A stretch of DNA of 30,177 nucleotides, taken from IMG/VR virus record IMGVR_UViG_3300010331_000033, positions 1 through 30,177 of that record. One strand, given 5' to 3'. Source of the DNA: a virus (Duplodnaviria > Caudoviricetes). Positions within the stretch are counted from its first letter, which is position 1, and every line of letters starts with the position of its first letter. The notes under the pieces are model-generated. The model saw only the letters and a list, made by a program, of their open reading frames with translations, searched no databases and was not told the DNA's origin. The translations under genes and the position numbers were made by a program. Shown here in pieces: positions 1-9,504 of this stretch.

Positions 1-315
1 AAGTCGTCTCCAGTGGCCGCCCATGACCTGACCGATACCAATCGATGTCGAAGACATGGCAGATAACGGCCTCATCTTAAAAGCATCGTTAAAAGCTATC
101 CATTCTTGTACCTGCACATCGACTTTATTGACCGACCATTTACCTGAAGGGGCATAGGGTTCTTTTTTTCGAAACCAAACAGGCTCAAACTGAATGATTA
201 GTTTAGCGGTTTTTGTATCAAAGCCTCGACCACCCGTTTCAACATTGAGAAATGACATCACCGACTCCCATTCGTAGCCAAATTCCTTAGTGATTTGTTG
301 TACTATCTCTTTCAT
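1..315 (-). CDS. Endolysin, N-acetylmuramidase DUF3380-like (5' part; runs off window edge)
   Basis: Not in ORF track. Manual translation from ATG at 315: MKEIVQQITKEFGYEWESVMSFLNVETGGRGFD...IIQFEPVWF...AMSSTSIGIGQVMGGHW. The VE-G-GF, FE-xx-F and S-S-G-xx-QxMG motifs fit this family. Follows a holin-like gene. Confidence 0.8.
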   Translation of the reverse strand, partial: MKEIVQQITKEFGYEWESVMSFLNVETGGRGFDTKTAKLIIQFEPVWFRKKEPYAPSGKWSVNKVDVQVQEWIAFNDAFKMRPLSAMSSTSIGIGQVMGGHWRRL

Positions 316-319
316 CTAC

Positions 320-610
320 TTATTGTATAAATTTCTTGTCAGCTTTTAAATTTAATTGTCCAGTTATTTCCGTGAGCTGCTTATCAATCTGCATAAACAT
401 CTCCCGGACTTCCTTAACCATGGCCCTCGTATCTGTTTGTTCGAGCTTCATGTTTGTCTGGTCAAGCTTGACAAGCTCAATTTGCTTTTCTAACTCATAG
501 ACACGTGCGTTAATTGTCACATAAGCACCACTGATGCCACCTGTAACGCTCAAAATGATTGTAACAGCCCAACCAATCCACATAGATTTTGAAATTCTTT
601 TAACAGTCAT
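320..610 (-). CDS. Holin-like / lysis-module membrane protein
   Basis: One N-terminal hydrophobic helix (WIGWAVTIILSVTGGISGAYV) plus coiled coil; lies between tailspike and endolysin. Confidence 0.5.
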   Translation of the reverse strand: MTVKRISKSMWIGWAVTIILSVTGGISGAYVTINARVYELEKQIELVKLDQTNMKLEQTDTRAMVKEVREMFMQIDKQLTEITGQLNLKADKKFIQ

Positions 611-630
611 AAAGCCCTCCTTTCTTTAAG

Positions 631-3423
631 TTAGATTATTACACCCATTGCATCAACCCACATACTGCCAGACGTTGCGCCATTATATGTTTCTTTTTTT
701 AATGTCGATAAATTTAGAAACTCATCCCCTTTTGATAAAATGTAGTAAGGTGGACGCACATAAGCTGCGCGTCTATACGGAACGAACCGAACTTCATTTG
801 CCGAACTCCATGCCGCTACATTGTTAACATCATCGTAGACGTAGCGATAAAATACCCCTCCGAACACACAAACATCATTTATGCTCATGCTTGCGGATGG
901 TAAAGCGGATGCGCGATAGAAGACATTTAGGTACGGAAGATTAGTGCTAGTAGCGCTTGTATGCTTTAGCTGATACCAGTTTCCTGAATTCATTATCACA
1001 ACGATATCTAGATCCATTAAAGTTATACCCGTAATCGTTTTTCCTCCAGCGATGAAAGCCTCAAAGGTGGGCTTTAAAGCGATGAAATCGGCAGATAAAA
1101 TATAATATCTGTGTGTGTTTCCGTTTATATACTCCATGACGGTGTGACCATTCAGAATAGTTTTTGCGCATCCTTCGATTTTGTAATCTACATTAAGAGA
1201 CGTCAAAGCTGGATTGTAATTATCCGAAATATCAAGGCTTAACCCTGCTAAATCATAATACGCCTTTCCAAACTCCAATTTCCCTTGTAATCCATATTTT
1301 GCGGGAATAGCGCATTTCATCTTTGGATATGCTGCATAGACAGTATTTTCCTTCATCGCGATTAAGTCAGGGATATAGATTGATTTGTTTAATATTGCAT
1401 TTGCATTTGGGGAGATAGCTATCCTAGTTTCTAAACCTTTGATTCCAGTGTTTCCCACGATTGATATATCGTGAGCATCTCCATTCGCGCAATTACCAAA
1501 AAATTTATCTATTTCAAATTTATTGTTAGACACAATCGTATTACTGCCAATACCCCTAAAAAAGTATTCTGAGGTTGTACGCATAATTGCTGGTAAATCA
1601 ACATAAGCTGCTCGGTCTGCTAGCGTGCAATTTCTAATAGTATTCACACTAAAAAGAAATTGTTGCTCAGTTCCGTCTACACTGTCTGATTTATTTTTAT
1701 TAAATGCAGCGCATAAGTCAATAATATTCCCCACTACGTTACATTCTAAAAATAAATAATTTGTTATGTAATAGAAGAATTCAATATAACAATTTGATAT
1801 TATTGTACTAGAGACAGCACCCTCAAACAGGCAGGATTCACCAGAAAATGAGTATTGAAAATTGTTGTAACTATCATTGTCTCCTGACATATAACACATA
1901 TTAAATACTCCATCCTGTATATTTGCGTTTGATAATGATCTTTTACAAAAGAAGTTACATTCAAAAAATCTTGGAGACGATACGAGGTTAACGTTAAACA
2001 CGGTAACCCAGAAAAATATAGTAAAACAACCAGACATTCGTAAGCCATATAGTTCACCTATTCCGTTTGTTTTAAAAAGTGTTTTTGTCGTCTTATTTAT
2101 TCTGTCACCTACAAATCCAACTTTTTCGATATTCACGCGTGTTTTTGCGTCTGCAACGATTATTCCATCTTGGCTGGAAAAATAGAGGCATGATAAATTA
2201 ACCTGATAAGCTAATGTGTATATATCATCAAGGTTCATCAATTTGTTTTCTCCTTTAAGACAAAAACGAGAAGGGGCTGTGAATTGCGCCACGTTCCATT
2301 TTCCGCGAGGAATAAACACATATGTTGACATAAGATTTGACAGTGCAACGGCATTAAGTAACGCTGTACTGTTATCTGTATAACTTACGTCAGCATCAAA
2401 AAAAGTCAAGTCAACCCTGAAACAACGGAATGATCCTGCAAAAGATAGCGTATTTTTGAAACACTTTGAAGTAGGCATAAGGACTGTTTGCGCCCCCGTC
2501 AATATGCCATTTTTAAGAGACCCACCTTCGAACTGTAAAGCAGAATTGGCAGGCATTGTTATTGTTTCCCCTGCTAGATCATAATCATATTGAACGATAT
2601 ATATTGTGCTTGCATCGCTTACCATCGCCTGAATAAGTGTGTTAACTCCACCAACAATATTTTTACGTAGTCTTTTACGTGCTAGTCCGCTAAAATTAGA
2701 TGAACTATAAACCTTGTCTTTTAACTTTAATACAGCAGGTGCTCCTATTAATTCTAAATCCTCACCATCCGCGTTGTTTGTTACAGCACCTCCATTATTG
2801 AGTAATAAAAGTGTTTCAGACGATAAGTTCTCAGGAAGTATTGAGCCAGGAAGCACTTCAGTTGATTTATTATCAATATAACTTCTCAAGCTATTTGTAA
2901 CATCATCTACATATTTTTTAGGGGTTGCCGCTGATGGCAAATTAGGGCTTAGAGGAATTAAGGGTGATTTTGTAAATGTATTTAACTCTGTAAAAGTATT
3001 ATTCAAGGCTTTATCCGCCTTTTTATCATCAAGAATTTTGCCTTGACCAGCATCTAATAATTTTCCTGGTATAGTTTCAAGGAGATTATTAATAATTTCA
3101 GGCGTCTCTATTGCGACATATTCATATACACTGTTATTATATACCACAGAACAATGCCAACCAATTTTAACAACAGGTGTACCTTGAATCCAGGTAACAG
3201 GTCCCGCCGTAATGAATTTATAAAAACCGCTTTTACCTGGTAAAGGTGCTGAGCTATTATAATTTAATGGGCCCAAATATCCACCTTGAACTGCACCTAT
3301 ATGAAAAAACAAAGACTCGACAATTTCTATTTCTAAATCTTGATGTTTTTGAGGATCAATCCGGTTTTTGTCATTAGGGAAAATGACTGATCTGATTTTT
3401 GTAAGTAACTGTTCTCGATTCAT
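631..3423 (-). CDS. Tailspike / receptor-binding protein with probable beta-helix depolymerase domain
   Basis: 930 aa; AATPKKYVDD fibre motif; DNSTALLNAV...VFIPRGKW pectate-lyase-3-like cap followed by Asn/Cys-rich beta-helix-like rungs; located at the end of the tail module. Confidence 0.75.
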   Translation of the reverse strand: MNREQLLTKIRSVIFPNDKNRIDPQKHQDLEIEIVESLFFHIGAVQGGYLGPLNYNSSAPLPGKSGFYKFITAGPVTWIQGTPVVKIGWHCSVVYNNSVYEYVAIETPEIINNLLETIPGKLLDAGQGKILDDKKADKALNNTFTELNTFTKSPLIPLSPNLPSAATPKKYVDDVTNSLRSYIDNKSTEVLPGSILPENLSSETLLLLNNGGAVTNNADGEDLELIGAPAVLKLKDKVYSSSNFSGLARKRLRKNIVGGVNTLIQAMVSDASTIYIVQYDYDLAGETITMPANSALQFEGGSLKNGILTGAQTVLMPTSKCFKNTLSFAGSFRCFRVDLTFFDADVSYTDNSTALLNAVALSNLMSTYVFIPRGKWNVAQFTAPSRFCLKGENKLMNLDDIYTLAYQVNLSCLYFSSQDGIIVADAKTRVNIEKVGFVGDRINKTTKTLFKTNGIGELYGLRMSGCFTIFFWVTVFNVNLVSSPRFFECNFFCKRSLSNANIQDGVFNMCYMSGDNDSYNNFQYSFSGESCLFEGAVSSTIISNCYIEFFYYITNYLFLECNVVGNIIDLCAAFNKNKSDSVDGTEQQFLFSVNTIRNCTLADRAAYVDLPAIMRTTSEYFFRGIGSNTIVSNNKFEIDKFFGNCANGDAHDISIVGNTGIKGLETRIAISPNANAILNKSIYIPDLIAMKENTVYAAYPKMKCAIPAKYGLQGKLEFGKAYYDLAGLSLDISDNYNPALTSLNVDYKIEGCAKTILNGHTVMEYINGNTHRYYILSADFIALKPTFEAFIAGGKTITGITLMDLDIVVIMNSGNWYQLKHTSATSTNLPYLNVFYRASALPSASMSINDVCVFGGVFYRYVYDDVNNVAAWSSANEVRFVPYRRAAYVRPPYYILSKGDEFLNLSTLKKETYNGATSGSMWVDAMGVII

Positions 3424-3432
3424 GATTTTTTT

Positions 3433-3855
3433 TTAAATTGTGATTACCCAAGTACCCTCAATTGTTAGATCCTGTATTTTGTTGATGGCTGGCCATGATT
3501 TACGGGAGAAAAGTGTACCATCAGCAAGTATCAAACCAAATTCCTGAAATGTTGATTCATTTCCAGTATTAGCACCGATAGCAAATTTTATTATTAGTTC
3601 GGTGGATGTTGCCACTTTGCTCGTGATAACAATATCTACAGCGTTGGTGATAACGGTATTAGAAGATACAGGAGTATTGCTGTTAGTTCCTATCTGAACT
3701 TTACTGATAGTTTTATTTGCAATTCCCGAAAGCCCTTGTAATAATGCCAGATAACCGGATGCAACAATCAAATTATTACCACAGACTGTTTTCTGTTTTA
3801 TACCCTTTAAATAAGTAGTCAGGGTAAGTCTACCATGTAATTCTAGCTTATCCAT
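3433..3855 (-). CDS. Baseplate/tail-fibre attachment protein
   Basis: NLIVxxG...IGT...EFGL...GTLFSRK...L-I-W-I pattern typical of small baseplate-wedge or fibre N-terminal proteins. Confidence 0.55.
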   Translation of the reverse strand: MDKLELHGRLTLTTYLKGIKQKTVCGNNLIVASGYLALLQGLSGIANKTISKVQIGTNSNTPVSSNTVITNAVDIVITSKVATSTELIIKFAIGANTGNESTFQEFGLILADGTLFSRKSWPAINKIQDLTIEGTWVITI

Positions 3856-4469
3856 CAGAATAATTTTATTATGTAATACATAGCTACAAAAGGGGGCATA
3901 TTTTGGTGAGGTGTTGTCTGACCTGCTGTATCACCACCTGATCCCGATGTGGTATTTTGGTATGCGACTGTGGTAGCACCTCCAGCTATTCCCGATCCTG
4001 TATTTCCTGACGTGTTCTCATGGTTAATAGTGTGTGTGTGTTTCGGTATTTCTGTCAATAAAAGAGTATGTTTATTTTCCCCGCCATGAAGGGCCAGTTT
4101 GTAAAAACTTTCATCATTGTTTTGAAGGTTTTCGTTTGCTTGGTTTGCTTGTATAATTGTTTCTGAAGGTTTTAAAAGAGGAAGTGAAAAAGTTGTATCC
4201 TGTACACCCCAAGGTGATAAGTTACCACCTAATGCGGCAAATAAATCAGGGTAAACAATCTGACTCTTTTGTGATCCGTCACATAAAATCCAACCGGCTG
4301 GAATAGTAGATTTTAATCCTGGCCAAATACGTACTACTCCAGCAGGTGTATATGTGGCATCAATAAGAATCTCATTAAATGCACGTACCTCATAGGCCGA
4401 AATACCTCTAGCACCATTTGTATCGTAAGTGGCTGCTGATGATTCCTTTAAAACTGTTTTTGTATTCAT
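3855..4469 (-). CDS. Tail-collar domain fibre protein
   Basis: PAGxxxxW...IPAGWILCDGS...YPDLFAALG...FSLP collar motif; GGENKHTL...EIPKHTH and PHQNMPPFVAMYYIIK C-terminus. Confidence 0.85.
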   Translation of the reverse strand: MNTKTVLKESSAATYDTNGARGISAYEVRAFNEILIDATYTPAGVVRIWPGLKSTIPAGWILCDGSQKSQIVYPDLFAALGGNLSPWGVQDTTFSLPLLKPSETIIQANQANENLQNNDESFYKLALHGGENKHTLLLTEIPKHTHTINHENTSGNTGSGIAGGATTVAYQNTTSGSGGDTAGQTTPHQNMPPFVAMYYIIKLF

Positions 4470-4475
4470 GTTTTT

Positions 4476-5075
4476 TTAATTAAAGTCATAACTAAAATCT
4501 AAAGAAAAATCACCTCCTGTTAGGTTACTTGTCAGTGTCAAACTATCCCTTTCCTCAGCTGGTTTAGAAAATATCTTGTCAGACATATGAATATCAAAGC
4601 CGATACCTGCCAAAATGCTACGTGCATTTTTGTAATACTCAATATAAGTCCTCAGTTTAGTCAGAGAATCAGTATTAAAAGAACCTAGATCAGAGGGTGA
4701 TAACCTGATCCTAAAAGCACACCATGTATTTTCTGTCTCACCAGACAAGGGTACATTTTCTTCAATGGCCGTTGGCGTATATCCAATAAGGGAACAAGCT
4801 TTGCGAATCGTGGAGATAGTGCCGACATGTCTATGTAAGTCTATAGCGCTTTTTATGAGCTCTCTTTTTTGTGAGGTAGTCTGGCATAAATCATAACCTT
4901 TGAAACTGTCTACATCAAATTGTTTGGCAAGCCATGGCAGGGCTGAAGCTGCAACAGTATCAATGAGATTTACCATCATCGGTGTGAGGTCAAAGTCATC
5001 AAAACGGTGTGAGGCGATAGTATCAAACTCACCTATTCTGGACGAAGCGACAGCTGAAGACATTAACTTATTCAT
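4476..5075 (-). CDS. Phage tail protein I (P2 gpI-like)
   Basis: LPWLAKQF, KRELIKSAIDLHRHVGT and YKNARS motifs; follows baseplate J. Confidence 0.85.
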   Translation of the reverse strand: MNKLMSSAVASSRIGEFDTIASHRFDDFDLTPMMVNLIDTVAASALPWLAKQFDVDSFKGYDLCQTTSQKRELIKSAIDLHRHVGTISTIRKACSLIGYTPTAIEENVPLSGETENTWCAFRIRLSPSDLGSFNTDSLTKLRTYIEYYKNARSILAGIGFDIHMSDKIFSKPAEERDSLTLTSNLTGGDFSLDFSYDFN

Positions 5076-6538
5076 CTTCTGTAGGTGCTATGTTGATTAT
5101 TATTCCTGTTAAATGAGAGACAGCGTTATTTGCAATAACCAGATTGTCAGAAGATGCTACACCGTTGATGGTTAATGTTGCATCGGCATCGTAAACACCT
5201 GTAAGCATTGATAGAGCCTCGATTTTTGAGGTAACGATATTTCTACCCATCTTTTTACCTGCTTCAGCAGCATAATCGGATAATGCAGTATAAACTCTAT
5301 TGGTTAAGTCAGGGGTAGCCTCATCGGTAGTATAGATGTTTACTGTTATTTCATAGTTTATGACCGTTGGTGACTTAAACAACTATATCCGTAATGGGAC
5401 GAATATTCTCATCGTTAAGAACAGCCTCTATGCTATCGTTTATCACTGTAGCGGTAGATTTTCCTTTTTTGGGGGCATATATAATAAAATTTATCCCTGT
5501 CACGCCAGCATCACAAGTTGGATCGGCACAATCACCAATGGTATTTTTTTCGAAATAAACTTCACTATCCTGTCCACTTACTGTCCATCCCGCAGCACCA
5601 GCAGATCGTATACGGTCACAAACCTGATTACCTGTCTCATGAGCTATAACATTGTAAGAAAAGACAATACCATCAAGTGTGACAATAAAGACACCGCTTG
5701 TGGTTACGGCTTCGCCTGTTATTAAATTACTTAGGATATCCAATTGAACAATCTCTTTGACTCCACCATATTTTGGATCAGTAGATAAACCCTCAGCAGA
5801 TAATAAAGCGTAGACATCAACCTCACCTTTAGCAATTGAATTATCCTCATTATAAGTCATTATACCTACATCAATAACAAGGGGGCTGGCTGTACGTGCC
5901 CAATATTTATAAGCTCCTACAGGTCCTGCACAAGAAAAGGTAGAAGGAGCAAGGAAAATGCGTTCCTGAAGCTCACTATCTGTCTCGGCATCAGAACCGC
6001 CGTAGGTGATATCCGTGTTTGTCACGGCAGTAACAAAAGCCCATGGGTCCTGAATAACTGATATTGTTCCTACAGCGTAACCATTCCCACTTTTTCCAGC
6101 TGTCTGGCAAGTAGCCAAGATACTAACAGTATTCATTGAGGTAGGAATGACAAGATCATCAATAGTCTCAAAAATAACTGATCCATCTGTGCTGGCTACA
6201 CGTGTGCCAAGGGGGATAAAAACCTGTAGATGTCCGGGGATAATGGAAAAACTCAGATTACAAGTCGCTTTAGCTTCAGCTAGTCTGGCAACACCTAGTA
6301 GCTGACCAAGATAATCCAGCACGGGGTAAGTGGCAAAGGATACCAATTGAGATTTACCAGCTGCATTAATTCTGTTTCTAAGTAATACCTCACGATAAGC
6401 CATTGAGGTGCAGAATGAATACTCAGGTTGTCCGGGAAAAATCGCATAACCTGTCAGAGCTTCAAACTCTATCAATATCTCAGACAGAATCTCTGCTGGG
6501 TCAACGGGAACAAAAATAGGCTCATCCATAGTTTTCAT
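5068..6538 (-). CDS. Baseplate J/gp47 family protein, split by a frameshift at ~5377 (ORFs 5375..6538 + 5068..5382)
   Basis: LDYLG, GGSDAETDSELQERI, S-AGP-GAY-YWA and RPITD motifs. Coding continues as KSPTVINYEITV in another frame after GTT GTT T AAG. Confidence 0.85.
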
Positions 6539-6932
6539 TATTATAAGCGTCTGAATAGGCGCGTTTTATTACTGAATTATCCATAGTCTCCAAATTGGAC
6601 AGTGAAATAGTTGCGGTTAATGGGTTTCCTGTAGATTTTTGGAGGCCGCTGATGTTTAATGCTATCTTATTATCTTGTAAGGTCACTTTAACCTGTGAAA
6701 TTGTTGTACGTGTTTCCCATCTCTCCAAATCGGTGATAACTTGTGAAATGAAATCACCCATAAAAAGCGTAATAGGCTTATCTATATACTCAAATATTCC
6801 TGATCCAAACGTTGGACGCAAAGGATCACTGCCTTTGACGGTATTGAGTATAATGGCCCATGATTGCCGGATTGCCTCTACACCTGTAAGCATTAGACCT
6901 AAATTATTGATATCTATACTTCTATCGTTCAT
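6522..6932 (-). CDS. Baseplate wedge protein (gpW/gp25 family)
   Basis: IRQSWAIILNT-KGS-P-RPTFGS and LERWETR motifs. Confidence 0.85.
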   Translation of the reverse strand: MNDRSIDINNLGLMLTGVEAIRQSWAIILNTVKGSDPLRPTFGSGIFEYIDKPITLFMGDFISQVITDLERWETRTTISQVKVTLQDNKIALNISGLQKSTGNPLTATISLSNLETMDNSVIKRAYSDAYNNENYG

Positions 6933-7405
6933 GGTTTTGCTATTGTTATTGTTCCCGTCACTGGTGTAGCTCCGGCCATAAGTTCTGGTGTGGCCGTATG
7001 AGCATGATTTTTAAGCGATATATTTCCAGCAACCACATCACCGGAAACAATAAGTTTTGAGCAAATCAGCTCTATCTCACCTGTATAAGCTATCGTTATC
7101 TTTAACTTATGCGTAACGGCATTATACAAGACTGTGCTACCATCAGAAAATATATATCCCTCATGACTATCATCACTCCATGAAGGGGGTAAGATATTAC
7201 CGCCAGGCTCAGTATTAAGTATCACACCATCTTCGCCATTCTCAGCCATCAAAATAGACACCTGTTGTTTGAGGTTATAATGAATGTTAGCGTTTATCCC
7301 ATGAGGCAAAGAAAGCCAGTCAGTAACTATCCCTGAACCATCAAGAAGAACCTTGGCACGGCCTGTCTTGTAGTTAATATCTGATATGATTCCATATTCT
7401 ACCAT
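6929..7405 (-). CDS. Baseplate spike protein (gpV-like)
   Basis: GRAKV...TDWL OB-fold start, FSDG-VLY, and C-terminal ISLKNHAH metal-binding HxH motif. Confidence 0.85.
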   Translation of the reverse strand: MVEYGIISDINYKTGRAKVLLDGSGIVTDWLSLPHGINANIHYNLKQQVSILMAENGEDGVILNTEPGGNILPPSWSDDSHEGYIFSDGSTVLYNAVTHKLKITIAYTGEIELICSKLIVSGDVVAGNISLKNHAHTATPELMAGATPVTGTITIAKP

Positions 7406-8481
7406 CCTTCTTCATTTTCTCCCAAATCAGAATAAGCCTGTTGGGATTTTGTTGTTACTTTTTTTGCTATGCTCAAGGGTTTTGGGATAGTCCCTGTTTT
7501 CCTAATCTCTAGTTCCATTGAATAATCGCCCATGATGGTATGAGTAGATTTTACTATGTGCCATTTTCCGGATAGTACACCTATTCCAGTGAGGTCAAAA
7601 TTTACACCTGAGATATATCTAGCGTTTCCAGGTACAGATATTGATCCCGATTGTTTAAACTTATTCTTACCCCAAAGATTTGCGTTTGTCTTAGCTTCAG
7701 CTTGACCAGCAGATGTAGCTTTTCCCGATGTCATTAGAGTGTCCTCAACAATTATTTTACCGTCCCAATCCGTATAGCTAGATTTTTGGTTAATTACCTT
7801 GTTTTGTTTAGGTATGCGAGCTTTAAATGTCGCTGAAGCATTGGTGTCTGTTGTCTTCTCCGTGAGATCGTATGAGCTTATCTCTCTAATATCTATTGTA
7901 CCAATTGAGGCAGCGTTATCTAGTGCATAGTAAGAAGTGAAAACCAGCTGATTACCACGAACGGCAAAGATGAACCCATATTCTTTAGCCAAATCAGTCA
8001 AAAATTTTAAGTCTGTAGTATCTTTTTGCGTTTTGCGGTCAAGGTTGATTTTGGATAACATGCTTGACTGGTCCACAAGCTTAAGATTATGTTTTATGGC
8101 AAAGAAAGTAGCTATCTGTCTCAACGTCTGATTTTCAAAAGCTTTGTTATTTCGTGTCCTGAGAGCCTTAGTTATTCCAGCAGCCAGACATTTGACCTGT
8201 ATCATATCCGGTGGTCCTGAGACAGTAATCTCATCAATCTCAAAAAGACCTGAATCTGTCAAGGAGTTAAAGCCAAAATAAGCCTGTAAAGTATCTCCTT
8301 TTTGTGGGTACCATTCATTCGACCAGATTCCTGTGCTATTGTCAAATGATAACGTCAGATCATCAGAAAAACCCTCCTCGACATCCACATAGGAGAATGA
8401 AGACAGATAAACTGAAACATCCTTAGTTACATCCTTGGCGTTCCACAGAATCTTTACTATGACTTTTTCGGCTACTTCCAC
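7399..8481 (-). CDS. Baseplate hub / late control protein (P2 gpD-like)
   Basis: SDDLTL, GLFEIDEI...GPPD, Q...TDLKFL--LA--YG and G-G-LSGKWHI---HT motifs. Confidence 0.85.
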   Translation of the reverse strand: MEVAEKVIVKILWNAKDVTKDVSVYLSSFSYVDVEEGFSDDLTLSFDNSTGIWSNEWYPQKGDTLQAYFGFNSLTDSGLFEIDEITVSGPPDMIQVKCLAAGITKALRTRNNKAFENQTLRQIATFFAIKHNLKLVDQSSMLSKINLDRKTQKDTTDLKFLTDLAKEYGFIFAVRGNQLVFTSYYALDNAASIGTIDIREISSYDLTEKTTDTNASATFKARIPKQNKVINQKSSYTDWDGKIIVEDTLMTSGKATSAGQAEAKTNANLWGKNKFKQSGSISVPGNARYISGVNFDLTGIGVLSGKWHIVKSTHTIMGDYSMELEIRKTGTIPKPLSIAKKVTTKSQQAYSDLGENEEGW

Positions 8482-8681
8482 GGTACATTTTTTATGCTAG
8501 ATACTTCTGAATCATCAAGAACAGGGACGTGTAATATTGTCCCTCTGGGTAAAATGGCATCAACAGGCACTGAGGGGTTAGCCTCAATAAGTGTCTTTAT
8601 GCCGGACATGGAGCCATATTGTTTCCAAGCTATTGAGCCCCAAGTTTCACCCTCTATCGTTGTATAGTTAAACATATTCAC
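8472..8681 (-). CDS. Tail protein X (LysM-like)
   Basis: YTTIEGETWGSIAWKQYG...LIEANP...LPRG--L-VP...PWK. Confidence 0.85.
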   Translation of the reverse strand: MNMFNYTTIEGETWGSIAWKQYGSMSGIKTLIEANPSVPVDAILPRGTILHVPVLDDSEVSSIKNVPWK

Positions 8682-9504
8682 CTCCTTCTCTACTGCCTAT
8701 GAAAGCCACTACAGGTACACTAGATACTGATAGTAAAGAGACGGCACTGCCTAATGTCACGTTTGCATTTAGCAAATCATTGAAGCTATTGATATCCGCA
8801 GCATTTCGAACGAATTGCGCAGCAACAGCAGCATTAGTCAGTGCCGTTCTTAATGAGGTGACTCTATAGATAAGTTTTTTTGTATTGTTGATCTGAGTGT
8901 TGGCAGCCTCAAACGATTTTTTTGCTTCGCTGGCAAGGCTGGCAATCTTTTTATACATACCCATTGACGGCTCAGAGGTCACATGTGAGCTTATCTGGTT
9001 GCTACTCATAATACCTTTTGTGATATTATCATGTATGCTCTGAGCAGTGCTACTAAGTTGCACCGCTTTTATTTCTGATGGGGGTAGTTTGCTGGCAAGG
9101 GCCTCACCTGTATTTTTTGTTTTTGTAATGGAATTATATTCCAAAAGTGATATTGTTGCAGATATAGCTGTTGGCGTTCCGTTGGCAAGACATTGAGTGT
9201 TTGATACATCAATGTTTTTAATGACATATTTTCCATAATTACGACCTATTCCATCGATCAAAGGAAGCACCTCGGCATTTATCCGACTTAGGTTAAGGGC
9301 TGCAATCTCCTCAGTAGGGTTACAAAATTCAGAAGAGAGGAAAATACCAAAAGACTGCTCAATAAGATTTTCACCGACAGCCTGAACGGATGGTTTACCG
9401 TTGATAAGTGGTATCTGGCTATACTCAGTGGAATAAGATATATCCCAACTTTGAGGTAGCTTGATGCCTTGAAATTTATATGTTCCTAGTTGTAAAAACA
9501 TCAA
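8668..9504 (-). CDS. Tail tube initiator (P2 gpU-like) with helical C-terminal extension
   Basis: LQLG---F, GKPSVQAVGENL, LPLIDG-G--YGKYVI and ISLLEY motifs; follows the tape measure. Confidence 0.75.
   Translation of the reverse strand: MMFLQLGTYKFQGIKLPQSWDISYSTEYSQIPLINGKPSVQAVGENLIEQSFGIFLSSEFCNPTEEIAALNLSRINAEVLPLIDGIGRNYGKYVIKNIDVSNTQCLANGTPTAISATISLLEYNSITKTKNTGEALASKLPPSEIKAVQLSSTAQSIHDNITKGIMSSNQISSHVTSEPSMGMYKKIASLASEAKKSFEAANTQINNTKKLIYRVTSLRTALTNAAVAAQFVRNAADINSFNDLLNANVTLGSAVSLLSVSSVPVVAFIGSREGGEYV

Noticed and set aside
631-4469. Diversity-generating retroelement or invertible tail-fibre cassette
   Set aside because: No reverse transcriptase, invertase or template/variable repeat pair seen in this window.
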